Below, one piece after another: positions 41,909-51,258 of a DNA stretch of 64,000 nucleotides. The stretch is from a virus. How positions within the stretch are numbered: position 1 is the stretch's first letter; each line of letters begins with the position of its first letter. The notes beneath the pieces are model-generated. The model made no database searches. It was given only the letters and a program-made list of their open reading frames with translations, and was not told the DNA's origin. A program made the position numbers and the translations under genes. The stretch lies in the IMG/VR virus record IMGVR_UViG_3300030390_002408; one strand, 5' to 3'.

Positions 41909-42871
41909 TTATACTACTGATTTAGCGGCAGATGCTATATCTTTCACTAATGTTGCTAAATCTTTACCTTTTAAAGCTGCTTTTAAACCCTTTACAGCTC
42001 CCGCCCCGGCATTTTTTAATGATGCTGCCTCTAAAGCTTCACCCCCAGCTCTAACTCCTAAAGTAAGAATTAGTAAGGCATATAAACTATCAGTTACTAT
42101 TTTTATTACTTTTGGATCATCTGTAAAAACACCCACCACTTTTTTAATTGGAAGTTTAAATAAAGACTCTAATTTATGAGTAAAATCATATATTTTTTGG
42201 GCACCTTTAGCCCCTTTTTTAAAATTACGCTTTTTCATAAATAGTCCTACCCACTTAGATATTATATTAATGAAAGTTGTACTAGCTAAAACAGTAGCTA
42301 AAACCGTTTCAACTGTGGCAAGAACATCACTTTCTTCTAATTCTTTTTTTTTTGATAATATTGACTTCATCTCATCAGCCAAGTCCTGACCTAAATCCGC
42401 TAAACTAACATCAGATGTCTCTTCAGATTCATCTAATCTTCCTCCTTCACCTTTACCCATTGAATCATCAAATTTTTCTTGGTCTTTAGATGTAAAACTA
42501 GTTAATATAGGACCAATAACAATATCTTTTTTTTCTTCATTATCCCTATAATCTTTACCCAATTCCAAGATCCCTTTTAATCCACCTTCCATGGCTTTCT
42601 CAATATCTAATTTTAACTGACCTCTAAGTCCACCTCTAATGTTTGAGATCCAATAGTGAGTAATAGGAGAGCCTTTCTTTTCTGCATCTCTTATTTGCTT
42701 CGTTAATCTATCTTTAAACGCTCCAAAAGATAATTGACTAGTTTCATTCCGGTTTTTTATTCCCCACATTGACCCTTTAAAATATCTCTCAGTTTGAACT
42801 TCCAAAAGGAATTTTAAAAAATCTTCTATTGAAGGTTTGTCTTTACTTTCGTTTAATATTCTTCTTCTCAT
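41909..42871 (-). CDS. Mosaic putative head-associated protein (likely start MRRRILNE)
   Basis: Promoter motif overlaps the track's start at 42916; ILNE/LDE/LEE junctions; hydrophobic C-terminal module. Confidence 0.55.
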   Translation of the reverse strand: MRRRILNESKDKPSIEDFLKFLLEVQTERYFKGSMWGIKNRNETSQLSFGAFKDRLTKQIRDAEKKGSPITHYWISNIRGGLRGQLKLDIEKAMEGGLKGILELGKDYRDNEEKKDIVIGPILTSFTSKDQEKFDDSMGKGEGGRLDESEETSDVSLADLGQDLADEMKSILSKKKELEESDVLATVETVLATVLASTTFINIISKWVGLFMKKRNFKKGAKGAQKIYDFTHKLESLFKLPIKKVVGVFTDDPKVIKIVTDSLYALLILTLGVRAGGEALEAASLKNAGAGAVKGLKAALKGKDLATLVKDIASAAKSVV

Positions 42872-42978
42872 TATTGGTGTTTTTATTTTATCATAAATAT
42901 ACGAATGTTTCCCCATATTTACAAGGATAAATAGGAGATACCAATTTTTCTTAGTATCTTAACACATATTATAAAATT

Positions 42979-43755
42979 ATGGGGAAGAATATTTACATAG
43001 GTGATATTCATGGTTTAGAAGTATGGAAAGATATTGTAAAAGAGCATGAAGATGCTGATAATATCATTTTTGTAGCGGATTATTTTGATTCATTTAACAT
43101 TAATGGAATGGATCAGTTACGTAATACTAAAGATATTATTGATTTTAAAAAATTACAAGAGTTAGATCCTAATAAAAAAGTCTACCTATTGATTGGAAAT
43201 CATGATCATCATTATTGGCCTGGTGTTAAAGATAGAGGAAGTACTGCAGGTTATCAAGCTTTCATGTATCCTCAAATTGAAGAATTCTTCAGAACTTATC
43301 AAGACATGTTTCAAATGGCAGTTATTATAGGAGATAAGTTATGTACTCATGCAGGTGTAAGTAGTAAGTATATGGATGATTTTGGTTATTGGACTTATGA
43401 TAATCATAAAGATGAAAGTAATGTAGCTAATTGGCTAAATGATTTACTTACATATCAACCCAACAAATTTCTATTTACTGCAGGGTATGACAAGAATAAC
43501 ACGGGATTTACCGCTAATGGTTATGGGGATGATGAATGGCAATGTCCAATTTGGATAAGACCTAAATCATTACAGAGAGTAAATAAAAATGAAGAAATAA
43601 AAAAGATGTTTATTCAAATTGTAGGACATACTCAACAAAAGTGTATTGATCTTAAGGGAAAGACCACAGGAGGAAGATATTATTATATCGATACTTTACC
43701 AAGTGGAGAGTATTTAATTGAAGAAGATAATAAATTAAGAATAGGTAAAATATGA
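42979..43755 (+). CDS. Calcineurin-like metallophosphoesterase
   Basis: GDIHG; DYFD; GNHD; THAG; VGHT. Confidence 0.9.
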   Translation: MGKNIYIGDIHGLEVWKDIVKEHEDADNIIFVADYFDSFNINGMDQLRNTKDIIDFKKLQELDPNKKVYLLIGNHDHHYWPGVKDRGSTAGYQAFMYPQIEEFFRTYQDMFQMAVIIGDKLCTHAGVSSKYMDDFGYWTYDNHKDESNVANWLNDLLTYQPNKFLFTAGYDKNNTGFTANGYGDDEWQCPIWIRPKSLQRVNKNEEIKKMFIQIVGHTQQKCIDLKGKTTGGRYYYIDTLPSGEYLIEEDNKLRIGKI

Positions 43756-44108
43756 AAGAATTAAGAAAACCTCAAATTACAGAAACATTTGCTATCAAAA
43801 CACCTACAAAAGAACTGGTATCTATAGCTAAAAGATTAACTTTTTACACAACCTCGGGGGAAGAGGATTTTAGTTTTATAAGTCTACACCATTCATGGGT
43901 AGAAATGCTTCCCTTATCGGCTAAGATAATCACAATCCAGAATACTTACCCATCTCATGGAATTAAAACTATTAAGGATCTTTTAGTAGCAAGGTTTATA
44001 GGAGAGTTACATTTAAACCTACCTGAAATTGGGAGTAATTTTGAAGTAATGGATAAAGGTCTTGAAGACATAAGGCATACAATTAAATCGTTTAAACTCG
44101 GAATATAA
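43752..44108 (+). CDS. Hypothetical protein
   Basis: ATGA overlap with upstream gene. Confidence 0.6.
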   Translation: MKELRKPQITETFAIKTPTKELVSIAKRLTFYTTSGEEDFSFISLHHSWVEMLPLSAKIITIQNTYPSHGIKTIKDLLVARFIGELHLNLPEIGSNFEVMDKGLEDIRHTIKSFKLGI

Positions 44109-44336
44109 ATGTGTATAATCGAATCAAGCAATAGAATCATGGATGAAGTTGGGTATGGTAATCTAGTGTGTTTAACACGAGGGGAAGAAGATTTGCTGGA
44201 AATTGAATTTCGAAGGGGGAAATTTCTTTTTACAAAGAATGGAAAAGCTGTGAGTAGTGTTAAAACTAAACTCACAGCTAAAAATCACATTATGGGTTAT
44301 CTTAATACTGGATTTGAATTGGATTTAATTATTTAA
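44109..44336 (+). CDS. Hypothetical protein
   Basis: ATG directly follows upstream TAA. Confidence 0.55.
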   Translation: MCIIESSNRIMDEVGYGNLVCLTRGEEDLLEIEFRRGKFLFTKNGKAVSSVKTKLTAKNHIMGYLNTGFELDLII

Positions 44337-44350
44337 TGTTTTTTTCTTTC

Positions 44351-45382
44351 TTATAAGTTATCAACCATTAACTGCATTTTTACATAATCAACGATATCTC
44401 TTTTAGCATGCTCTACCATACCGGGTTCGGTCATTGGTCCCATTTTCCATTCTTCCCAAGCGTTAATTAACATATTAATAGCTTTTTCAAACCTTGGCCC
44501 CATTGCTTCTACATACCCTCCTGCTAAATCATCAGAAACTTCATTTACTGATTTATCCATTCCCACTAAAGAATCTAATCTGTATTTCTCGGATTGTGTA
44601 ATATCCAACGGAATATACTCACTTCTTACATCATACCAATCATGTAATTTATCTTGATCTTCAAGACTAAGTACTGAAGTTGTATTTGTTATTGAGTATG
44701 TTACTTTTTCAATAAAATCATCTACATTACGAGAGGATTTGAAAGTTGAATTTAATAGATCTTTTAAATCATTATAAGCATAAGGCTCATAAATAACCTT
44801 ACCATCTTCATCTTCATATTCTCCTGTTATAGTATCAAAAACATCAGATAAAGAATCTAATTCGTTTAAAGATTTATTTTCTTTTAAAAAAGAAGAACCA
44901 TATTTTTGAGTATAAATTTGATTTGCTTCATCTTCTATTTTATCATAATTTCTTAAACTTTTTGGATCAAAAGCATCAAAATTATTTTGTTTTTTCACCT
45001 GATCAAGTATCTTTTCCCAATCTTGCCTTTCTTTAAAAGAAAAACCAAACTCTTCCCTATAGGCTTCATCTTTCATATTACCCTCTTCATCATAAAAATC
45101 TGGATTATCATATGGGTCTATATATTGTTCTTCTCTAGTTTCTTTTAATGATTTAAATTTATCTAATAGCATTTCTAATTCCTCTGGGTTATTTTTCTCC
45201 CAATTTTCCCATTTACCCTCATATTTGTCAAGTAATACTCCTGCTACTTCTTCTTGCCATTTATCCCCATATTTATTGGAGGGATCCATAAAGCCCATTT
45301 CAAGTTCAAATGCTCTATTTGCTAGATCTTCTTTTAATAGCTTACCTTCTGTTAGGAATTTTTTTAAGTCAAATTTGTCCAT
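44351..45382 (-). CDS. Late protein with shared MDKFDLKKFLTEGKLLKE leader; mosaic
   Basis: Leader identical to that of 62123-62572; late motif 45403-45411. Confidence 0.7.
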   Translation of the reverse strand: MDKFDLKKFLTEGKLLKEDLANRAFELEMGFMDPSNKYGDKWQEEVAGVLLDKYEGKWENWEKNNPEELEMLLDKFKSLKETREEQYIDPYDNPDFYDEEGNMKDEAYREEFGFSFKERQDWEKILDQVKKQNNFDAFDPKSLRNYDKIEDEANQIYTQKYGSSFLKENKSLNELDSLSDVFDTITGEYEDEDGKVIYEPYAYNDLKDLLNSTFKSSRNVDDFIEKVTYSITNTTSVLSLEDQDKLHDWYDVRSEYIPLDITQSEKYRLDSLVGMDKSVNEVSDDLAGGYVEAMGPRFEKAINMLINAWEEWKMGPMTEPGMVEHAKRDIVDYVKMQLMVDNL

Positions 45383-45423
45383 TGTGTGATTTTTAAATTT
45401 TATTATAAATATATAATTTTTTT

Positions 45424-45723
45424 TTACTTTACCATTTCTCCTTGATAAATAATGGGGAGATATTTCTTAACAAACCCTTTATAAAGTAAATTAGCTTCCA
45501 CTTCATCTCTTTCTTTAAATCCTAACATAATAAACATCAAAAAGGGTTTAACATTTATTTCTTTATCAAAGGGATCTAAGGAGTTAGGCATACCGGGACA
45601 TATATTTTTTCCGGTAAGCTCAAACAACTCATTAACCAAAGCTTGTCCAACTCTTAAATCCTTATACTTCTCTAAAGCCATTGATGTATTAACAATCAAT
45701 TTTCTAAATTTTTTTATTTTCAT
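45424..45723 (-). CDS. Hypothetical protein
   Basis: 99 aa with LRVGQ motif. Confidence 0.6.
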   Translation of the reverse strand: MKIKKFRKLIVNTSMALEKYKDLRVGQALVNELFELTGKNICPGMPNSLDPFDKEINVKPFLMFIMLGFKERDEVEANLLYKGFVKKYLPIIYQGEMVK

Positions 45724-45727
45724 CTTA

Positions 45728-46069
45728 TTAAAATGTTAATGTATAAACAATTCCCCCAGTAAATAATAATCCTCCAGTTGTCATTGCTGCTACTTGTCCA
45801 TAATTCTTATACCAAGGTAAATACCCTGAACTAACTCCATTATTAATCCTCCCTGTTAATATCCCTGCAGTAAAGAATGAAACACCTGATACCATTAATA
45901 CAACCCCAGGATGGATTCTATCATTACTAAATCTAGAGGGGGGAGTTAAGTTTAAATTTATAGGATTATTAAATCCCAAGTTACTATTTGATCGGATCCC
46001 CCCATAAGATTTAAAACCCAAAATAATTACTGCTATTGATGTTAATAGTATTTTATTAAATTTAATCAT
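45728..46069 (-). CDS. Small membrane protein
   Basis: Signal-like N-terminus and two hydrophobic segments. Confidence 0.6.
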   Translation of the reverse strand: MIKFNKILLTSIAVIILGFKSYGGIRSNSNLGFNNPINLNLTPPSRFSNDRIHPGVVLMVSGVSFFTAGILTGRINNGVSSGYLPWYKNYGQVAAMTTGGLLFTGGIVYTLTF

Positions 46070-46275
46070 TTTATTAAGTCTTCTAGATTAATATCATACT
46101 CTTCAAATGTTTCATTTATTTTTTTCCCAATCTCATCAGCATTAAATTGCCATTTATCTCGTATTATACCTTGTATTTTAAATAAGGCTAAGGCCATATC
46201 CAAGGATTTAACACACCTTAAATGAGCCATTACATCCTCCAAATCTTCTAAATCAAATTCTAATTTTGCTTTCAT
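46066..46275 (-). CDS. Hypothetical phage protein
   Basis: MKAKLEFDLED..., 69 aa. Confidence 0.65.
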   Translation of the reverse strand: MKAKLEFDLEDLEDVMAHLRCVKSLDMALALFKIQGIIRDKWQFNADEIGKKINETFEEYDINLEDLIK

Positions 46276-46333
46276 TTTTTAGTAATTATTAAAGTTACTG
46301 TCATCACTACCCAAAATACTCCCATTCCTACTG

Positions 46334-46519
46334 CTATTGACATCTTAATTTTTTTAATTGTTTAATAAATTTATTTACTTTCTTCTTTGATTTCAACTCA
46401 AAGACTCTCTCATCAGACCCACCAAATATATGTATATACGTTCCATCGCAATCTACTTCAGAGATTTTACCAAGATTAAACCAATTGTTATAACCTGGGA
46501 TTTTAATGAATTTTACCAT
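46334..46519 (-). CDS. Hypothetical early protein
   Basis: 61 aa; early promoter core at 46540-46548. Confidence 0.6.
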   Translation of the reverse strand: MVKFIKIPGYNNWFNLGKISEVDCDGTYIHIFGGSDERVFELKSKKKVNKFIKQLKKLRCQ

Positions 46520-46583
46520 AATTATTTAATTTTATTTGGAATATACGATTAAATTTTGGCTAGGCCAAGTATATTTGTATATA

Positions 46584-46769
46584 CTATATTTTGTGTACAA
46601 ATCTTTTTAAAAACTCTCCTGCTATTTCCTCCATTTTTACATGATCATTCGTAAATGCCCTTCGCATTATGCCTTGGGGGAGAGTATTTTTACTACCTTC
46701 TTTTACATTTTGGGAAAAGTTATCTTGAACCCACGTCCCAAATGCTTCTAAAACTTCTTTACTTCGCAT
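46584..46769 (-). CDS. Microgene of junction array 1
   Basis: Starts in CAAAACAAAGATG junction. Confidence 0.6.
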   Translation of the reverse strand: MRSKEVLEAFGTWVQDNFSQNVKEGSKNTLPQGIMRRAFTNDHVKMEEIAGEFLKRFVHKI

Positions 46770-46947
46770 CTTTGTTTTGGTTTAATTGTTCTAACATCAT
46801 TTCTAATGTTTCGTCTAATATAGATAGATTGTGAAACTCCTTGATATCTTTGTACGCTTCTAATGTTACTTTAGATTTTCCTTTTACAATAAACCCTGAT
46901 TCATCTGTCAATGTGATGTTAATGTTTAATTTTTCTTCTTTACTCAT
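46759..46947 (-). CDS. Microgene of junction array 1 (MSKEE...QNKDAK)
   Basis: Both ends lie in the junction motif. Confidence 0.65.
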   Translation of the reverse strand: MSKEEKLNINITLTDESGFIVKGKSKVTLEAYKDIKEFHNLSILDETLEMMLEQLNQNKDAK

Positions 46948-47134
46948 CTTTGTTTTGGTTTATATAATTATTACTAATAATATCCCAAGCAATATCACTA
47001 TTAGGTGTTTTAATTGTCATCATATGACCCATTCTCATTTTATGGTCAATTAGTATTTCACAATTATTTTTATTTAAAAAAGACATTAACATCTGATAGT
47101 CTTTATTTTTAACATTTGTATCAACTTTACTCAT
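46940..47134 (-). CDS. Microgene of junction array 1 (MSKV...QNKDE)
   Basis: Both ends lie in the junction motif. Confidence 0.65.
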   Translation of the reverse strand: MSKVDTNVKNKDYQMLMSFLNKNNCEILIDHKMRMGHMMTIKTPNSDIAWDIISNNYINQNKDE

Positions 47135-47457
47135 CTTTGTTTTATTTTATACATCTCTTTTAACCGTTCTATAATCTTTTTACTAACTATTGACATATCA
47201 ATATCTTCATGAAAAGTGAATTCTTTCTTTTTATTAACATTACCAATAACCACCTTCTCACCTTTAATCGTTGCGTATATTAGTTTACTCAATTCTTTTC
47301 TTTTTAATCTCTGTTCTAATAATTCTTTAAGAACTTCCTGCCCTTTTGGTTTTATCTTTTCTGCCGTTTTAGCATCATAGATTCCATAAATACTATTACC
47401 TAAGATTCCATAAATTTGATTCCAATTTGGATATTCTTTATTTTCTTTACTCATCAT
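47131..47457 (-). CDS. Microgene of junction array 1 (MSKE...KQR)
   Basis: Both ends lie in the junction motif. Confidence 0.65.
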   Translation of the reverse strand: MMSKENKEYPNWNQIYGILGNSIYGIYDAKTAEKIKPKGQEVLKELLEQRLKRKELSKLIYATIKGEKVVIGNVNKKKEFTFHEDIDMSIVSKKIIERLKEMYKIKQR

Positions 47458-47659
47458 CTTTTTGATTTAAATCCTTTATTTTTTTAACAACACTATTCCA
47501 AGCATTTTGTATTTGTTCATATTCTTCTGGAAAGTATTCTTCTGATATTTCTAAACCATCTACAGTTGTGAAATAACCTATACCTGGTCTAAGTGGTATT
47601 ATGTTACTACCTAATAATTGTAGGTGTTGATATTGTTCTTTAATATATTCTTTATTCAT
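47447..47659 (-). CDS. Microgene of junction array 1 (MNKE...QKDDE)
   Basis: Degenerate junction motifs at both ends. Confidence 0.6.
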   Translation of the reverse strand: MNKEYIKEQYQHLQLLGSNIIPLRPGIGYFTTVDGLEISEEYFPEEYEQIQNAWNSVVKKIKDLNQKDDE

Positions 47660-47671
47660 CTTCTTTTTTGT

Positions 47672-47878
47672 TTAAATCCAACCTAAAATTTCTTCATCAA
47701 ATTCTTCTCTTGTTCCAAAATGCTCTTTAATCCTTACTTCAAGACATTCCATTTCAAACCCATTAAACATTTGATTGATTAGTCTAGTTTCTTTTATCTC
47801 AAGGTGTTGAAGATGATTTTTTCTTCTTTTATCTAACCAAACAGTGGTTAATTCAATATATTCTCTTCGTCGTTTCAT
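47672..47878 (-). CDS. Hypothetical protein
   Basis: 68-aa ORF. Confidence 0.55.
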   Translation of the reverse strand: MKRRREYIELTTVWLDKRRKNHLQHLEIKETRLINQMFNGFEMECLEVRIKEHFGTREEFDEEILGWI

Positions 47879-47949
47879 TTTTTCCTTATTAACTCAACTA
47901 TTACTTCAATTAACATCCATGTTAAAAGTATTATTCCTGCTATCTCCAA

Positions 47950-48153
47950 TTACTTCTTTTTTAGATTCATTAAAAAATCATCTGCATATTCTCTTGCAAT
48001 TTGCTTCATTTCAACCCTCTCACCCGTAGTAATCCTAATCATTTCTTCGTGTGGTTTCTTAGGGTTAGGAAGATTTTCTGGGGTTCTAGTAAAGTTTTTG
48101 TCAACCCACTTCCATAAATTCTTCTGCTCCATTGTGTCTTTAAATTTTCCCAT
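47950..48153 (-). CDS. Hypothetical protein
   Basis: 67-aa ORF. Confidence 0.6.
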   Translation of the reverse strand: MGKFKDTMEQKNLWKWVDKNFTRTPENLPNPKKPHEEMIRITTGERVEMKQIAREYADDFLMNLKKK

Positions 48154-48159
48154 TAGTAA

Positions 48160-48375
48160 TTATGAAAACCAAATTTCATCAAATGATTTTTCTGCTTCCT
48201 CTGAAGTTTCATATACCCCAATTATTGATCGCATAGTGTTGTCTGTAGGTAAAAACTCAATTTTATTACTAATCCTTTCAACTTTAACAATGTTGTTAAG
48301 GTTTACTAGAACATCATTATATTCATCTTTTGAATTTATGTTTTTCTTTATTTTAACCTTTATAAAATTTCCCAT
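48160..48375 (-). CDS. Hypothetical protein
   Basis: 71 aa; AAGGTTATG start context. Confidence 0.6.
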   Translation of the reverse strand: MGNFIKVKIKKNINSKDEYNDVLVNLNNIVKVERISNKIEFLPTDNTMRSIIGVYETSEEAEKSFDEIWFS

Positions 48376-48387
48376 AACCTTATTTAT

Positions 48388-48588
48388 TTAATTGTTATAA
48401 ATGAATTCCATTACCTTTTCAATCCCCGCAGCTTTATTTACGTATTCTGCTGCTTTTTTTAGATGAAGATCTCTCAATCCAAATTCATCTTTTGGCATTG
48501 AATCTAACTCATTGAGTTGATCATTAGCCATTTCTAAATAACTTTTGTGCATTTGGTCTACAAACGCTTTTATTTCTGTAACTTCCAT
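48388..48588 (-). CDS. Hypothetical protein
   Basis: 66 aa; AAGTTATG start context. Confidence 0.6.
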   Translation of the reverse strand: MEVTEIKAFVDQMHKSYLEMANDQLNELDSMPKDEFGLRDLHLKKAAEYVNKAAGIEKVMEFIYNN

Positions 48589-48599
48589 AACTTATTTTT

Positions 48600-48761
48600 T
48601 TATTTTATTTTAAGTAACTTTTTTATTCTCTCCCTTTCATCTGTATCAATATCTACCAAACCATTAGACATACTTCGGTAGTAAAATTGACTTAATAAAC
48701 TAGACATTTCCTTAGCTTCTTCTGCGATTTTTTCTTTTAATTCTTTTTCTTCTTCTTTCAT
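48600..48761 (-). CDS. Microgene MKEEEKELKEKIAEEAKE... (53 aa)
   Basis: Manual translation; AAGGTTATG context. Confidence 0.6.
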   Translation of the reverse strand: MKEEEKELKEKIAEEAKEMSSLLSQFYYRSMSNGLVDIDTDERERIKKLLKIK

Positions 48762-48776
48762 AACCTTAATTTTTAT

Positions 48777-48932
48777 TTATCCATTAAAATGTGAAATTAA
48801 CTCTTTAAATTCATCTAATGTAATTATGTTTTGTTTTACCCACATATAAATCATTTTTAAGTGGTTCCCTCCATTAGATTGTTCTTTTTCTAACCTTTTT
48901 TTATAATCTTCAATTTTGTATTTATCAATCAT
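48777..48932 (-). CDS. Microgene MIDKYKIEDYKK... (51 aa)
   Basis: Manual translation; AAAGGTTATG context. Confidence 0.6.
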   Translation of the reverse strand: MIDKYKIEDYKKRLEKEQSNGGNHLKMIYMWVKQNIITLDEFKELISHFNG

Positions 48933-48949
48933 AACCTTTGTTTTTATTT

Positions 48950-49093
48950 TTAGTACAAATCTTTTAATGCACTTCTTAGTAATTTCATTATTTGCTTGTC
49001 TCTTTTATTAGTACTACCTGCTAATAATGCCAATGCTTCTTTAATAGCTTCTTCTGCGATTTTTTCTCTTAATTCTTTTTCTTCTTCTTTCAT
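48950..49093 (-). CDS. Microgene MKEEEKELREKIAEEAIKE... (47 aa)
   Basis: Manual translation; first gene behind the early promoter at about 49120-49170. Confidence 0.6.
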   Translation of the reverse strand: MKEEEKELREKIAEEAIKEALALLAGSTNKRDKQIMKLLRSALKDLY

Positions 49094-49118
49094 AACCTTT
49101 GTTTTTAATGCTCGGCGC

Positions 49119-49168
49119 TCCCTGCAACCTTACCCCTAAATATACGATTAATTTATTGGGGAGCCTAA
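49119..49168 (-). promoter_or_regulatory. Early promoter repeat copy
   Basis: TTAGGC...TCGTATATTTAGGGGTAAGGTTGCAGG. Confidence 0.7.
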
Positions 49169-49376
49169 TTATATCGCAATTGTTTTTAGTATATTTGTAT
49201 ATACTAATCGGTGGTGTAAAATCGTGTTCGAACTAAACTTACACCTAAGCCCTTTTTTTGCACCGCCACGTATCGATGGACATCAGCGCGCGATGGGTAT
49301 AATGTATATTATAATATATGCGTGCGTATGCCACAATATAGTTATATCACATTACGCAGTACGGCAAACCATAATA

Positions 49377-49406
49377 CGGGGTAGGGGGGGAATTACCCCC
49401 ATCCCG
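49377..49406 (-). terminator. GC-rich hairpin downstream of the gene ending at 49422 (probable terminator)
   Basis: cggggtagggggg-aatt-acccccatcccg imperfect inverted repeat. Confidence 0.45.
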
Positions 49407-49421
49407 AGGTTATGATTAGGT

Positions 49422-49937
49422 TTACTTTGTGATCTTAAATGCGGACTCAACCGGTCTTCTATAACCATCAAATCTATAATTACCATTATCTATTAACACA
49501 CCATCCTTAATTACTAGAGCATGCTTATGAACAATAATGAAATAAGTACCACGTGTGAACTTCTGCATGAATGACTTCACCGTATAAGCAACTGCTTTAT
49601 GTGTGTAACTCTCATTCTGAAGCGTACCACCATCTTTTGGTCTATCACCTAAGTGTCTAATATTAAATTTATTCTCCATCACCGGTGCAAATAAATCTAA
49701 TTGACCCTCAGCTTTGAATGTTACCTCATTCATCCCCTTCAATATTGGATTCACATTAAATGTACCTTGTCTATTTTTTCTCTTGAAAACATTCTTAGCA
49801 AACTCATGAGCCGTATTATAACTAATTTCAAATGCATTTGCAAATGCTCTTACAGCACAATCACCTTTTTCACTCGTAGCGATTTCATTGTTTATACTAA
49901 CTCCGTAACCTGCTTTAAATACTTTTTGATCTAACAT
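49422..49937 (-). CDS. Hypothetical early phage protein (DCAVRA...H motif)
   Basis: 171 aa; own early promoter. Confidence 0.7.
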   Translation of the reverse strand: MLDQKVFKAGYGVSINNEIATSEKGDCAVRAFANAFEISYNTAHEFAKNVFKRKNRQGTFNVNPILKGMNEVTFKAEGQLDLFAPVMENKFNIRHLGDRPKDGGTLQNESYTHKAVAYTVKSFMQKFTRGTYFIIVHKHALVIKDGVLIDNGNYRFDGYRRPVESAFKITK

Positions 49938-49983
49938 AACCTTTATTTTTAAAATTTATAATTAACAATTGTTGCTTTCCTAA

Positions 49984-50054
49984 CCCTGCAACCTTACCCC
50001 GTAAATATACGATCGCTTCCTCGCTAAGCCTACCCTCCCCGCAATTACCTTCAA
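49984..50054 (-). promoter_or_regulatory. Early promoter repeat copy
   Basis: TTGAAGGTAATTGC...TAGGCT...TCGTATATTTACGGGGTAAGGTTGCAGGG. Confidence 0.75.
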
Positions 50055-50055
50055 C

Positions 50056-50232
50056 TTACTTTCGATTGGGGTTGAATCGGGTTAACTTATAATAATGGTT
50101 AGTTAAACGATTGTACGTCCAAAATTTTTCCCTTTGCTTATTAGTCGGGGTATTATTATATGATCTCTCATCCATTTCAAAATCACTTACTAGCGCGTCA
50201 ATTACTTCTTTTCTACTACTAAATCTCTTCAT
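50056..50232 (-). CDS. Microgene MKRFSSRKEVIDAL... (58 aa)
   Basis: Manual translation. Confidence 0.5.
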   Translation of the reverse strand: MKRFSSRKEVIDALVSDFEMDERSYNNTPTNKQREKFWTYNRLTNHYYKLTRFNPNRK

Positions 50233-50245
50233 ACTATGATTTTAC

Positions 50246-51025
50246 TTACTCTGCTGACATTGGCTCTGTGTAAAGGAAACCAACCTTATTCTTTTGATCT
50301 AAACTGAAAAACAATTTATTCATCTCACCACCACGTCTGTTTTTACTAAAGAAAATACATCTACCACCCTCAACAAATTTCATATGTCCCATTCCTGTTA
50401 GCATATGTTTGAATCTATTTGATCCTGCAAACTCACCACCTTTAGTTACTTGTTGGATGATCATGAATGAAGTATTTACACCGCTTGTGTTTTCAGCTTT
50501 GTTATGACGCTCTAAAATGTTTAAAACACGTGACTCAGCGTTTTTATTTGTACCACCATGGAAATCAACAATCGTTGTACAAACTTCAGCCATTGAATCG
50601 ATTAATACAACATCGTAACCTTCAGTTAATGTTGACTCAATTACTTGAATTGGATCATTTTCAATATAATCACCTAAGAATAAAATTGGTAACGCTCCAA
50701 ATTTAGGATATCTTTTAACGTAACCGTATAAATCAATTGAATTCATCTCACCTGAAATGAATAATACTTTAGCACCTTTAGCTTGTAAATCTGCTAGCAC
50801 GTCTAACATTACTGTAGATTTTCCAACTCCTGGATCTCCAACGAATGCATAATTGGTACCTTTCATTAACCCACCTTCACTTGAAAGCATTGAATCTAAT
50901 CTACCACCTGTTTTCATAGGAATAAATAAATTATCATCAAATGATAAATTATCCATTTTTACCAATTTTGGCATTACAAATTCAACTTTCTTACTTGGAC
51001 GACCTCTTTTAACCATATTTTTCAT
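50246..51025 (-). CDS. RadA/Sms-like RecA-superfamily ATPase
   Basis: GDPGVGKST; LFISGE; VVLIDS; QVTKGGEFAG. Confidence 0.85.
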   Translation of the reverse strand: MKNMVKRGRPSKKVEFVMPKLVKMDNLSFDDNLFIPMKTGGRLDSMLSSEGGLMKGTNYAFVGDPGVGKSTVMLDVLADLQAKGAKVLFISGEMNSIDLYGYVKRYPKFGALPILFLGDYIENDPIQVIESTLTEGYDVVLIDSMAEVCTTIVDFHGGTNKNAESRVLNILERHNKAENTSGVNTSFMIIQQVTKGGEFAGSNRFKHMLTGMGHMKFVEGGRCIFFSKNRRGGEMNKLFFSLDQKNKVGFLYTEPMSAE

Positions 51026-51057
51026 AACCTTTATTTTTTTAAATTTTTAACCGCTCT

Positions 51058-51130
51058 AACCCCTCATCCCTTACCCCGTAAATATACGATCGCTCCCTAG
51101 GAAAGCCAAATCTTCTGGCAGGCGTCTTCA
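51058..51130 (-). promoter_or_regulatory. Early promoter repeat copy
   Basis: TTTGGC...TCGTATATTTACGGGGTAAG. Confidence 0.75.
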
Positions 51131-51142
51131 AGAAAAAGTAAG

Positions 51143-51237
51143 AAAAGGTGGCCTGACTTGTAACCAGATCCGTACTAATTCTAGAACCCAAACACATAGC
51201 AAAACCATTTTGCTAGCAGGTTAATGTAGCACCTTTT
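51143..51237 (-). ncRNA. Putative structured RNA A (T-arm-like hairpin next to closing stem)
   Basis: AAAAGGTG/CACCTTTT closure; TAGCAAAA/TTTTGCTA hairpin; TCTGG-TTACAAG-TCAGG. Confidence 0.45.
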
Positions 51238-51258
51238 ATTACTAGAAATTAATTAAAT

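Larger units (their letters stand above)
46767..47670 (-). repeat. Five copies of the stop/start junction repeat (A)AAACAAAGATGAGTAAAG
   Basis: Copies near 46767, 46936, 47125, 47443, 47648. Confidence 0.85.

Noticed and set aside
43955-44275. Minus-strand 106-aa ORF
   Set aside because: Shadow of the coupled plus-strand genes 43752-44336.
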